This document shows, in pieces, positions 34,144-34,244 of a stretch of 34,244 nucleotides of DNA. The stretch comes from Octopus bimaculoides (taxonomy: Eukaryota): NCBI RefSeq assembly GCF_001194135.2, contig NC_068984.1, forward strand, positions 21,304,765-21,339,008, written 5' to 3'. The notes beneath the pieces are model-generated. The model saw only the letters and a program-made list of their open reading frames with translations. It had not been told where the DNA came from and searched no databases. The position numbers and the translations under genes were made by a program. The first letter of the stretch is position 1; the number at the start of each line of letters is the position of its first letter.

Positions 34144-34244
34144 CATCATCATCATCATCATCGTTTAACGTCCGCTTTCCATGCTAGCATGGGTTGGACG
34201 ATTTGACTGAGGACTGGTGAAACCGGATGGCAACACCAGGCTCC
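34144..34244 (-). mobile_element. Young RTE-type tail copy (window-truncated), preceded by (TG)n
   Basis: Identical to 15262-15356. Confidence 0.92.

Overview
AT-rich eukaryotic intronic/intergenic DNA with five N gaps. It most likely comes from an octopus draft assembly; this is inferred from recognisable Octopus-type SINE, RTE-tail and microsatellite families and was not database-checked. I cannot confidently identify any host protein-coding gene, tRNA, rRNA, CRISPR array or prokaryotic system, and nearly all ORF-track entries are translations of microsatellites or SINEs. The window is dominated by mobile DNA: at least four tRNA-SINE-like families, many (GAT)n-tailed RTE 3'-end copies, a decayed RTE reverse-transcriptase C-terminus (16.6-17.0 kb), a decayed HERO-like RLE retrotransposon C-terminus (20.3-20.7 kb), a Penelope-like terminus, two hAT MITEs with 8-bp TSDs (one carrying a nested retro-insertion), piggyBac-like MITEs, a TA-flanked foldback MITE and a Helentron/HINE-like element. 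Points of interest are an 8-copy SINE pile-up containing inverted pairs, microsatellites born inside SINEs, a cryptic degenerate ~51-bp minisatellite, and a few unverified candidate exons, one with a stathmin-like motif. The sequence does not support a claim of a new biological system. Repeat boundaries are approximate unless a TIR or TSD is quoted.
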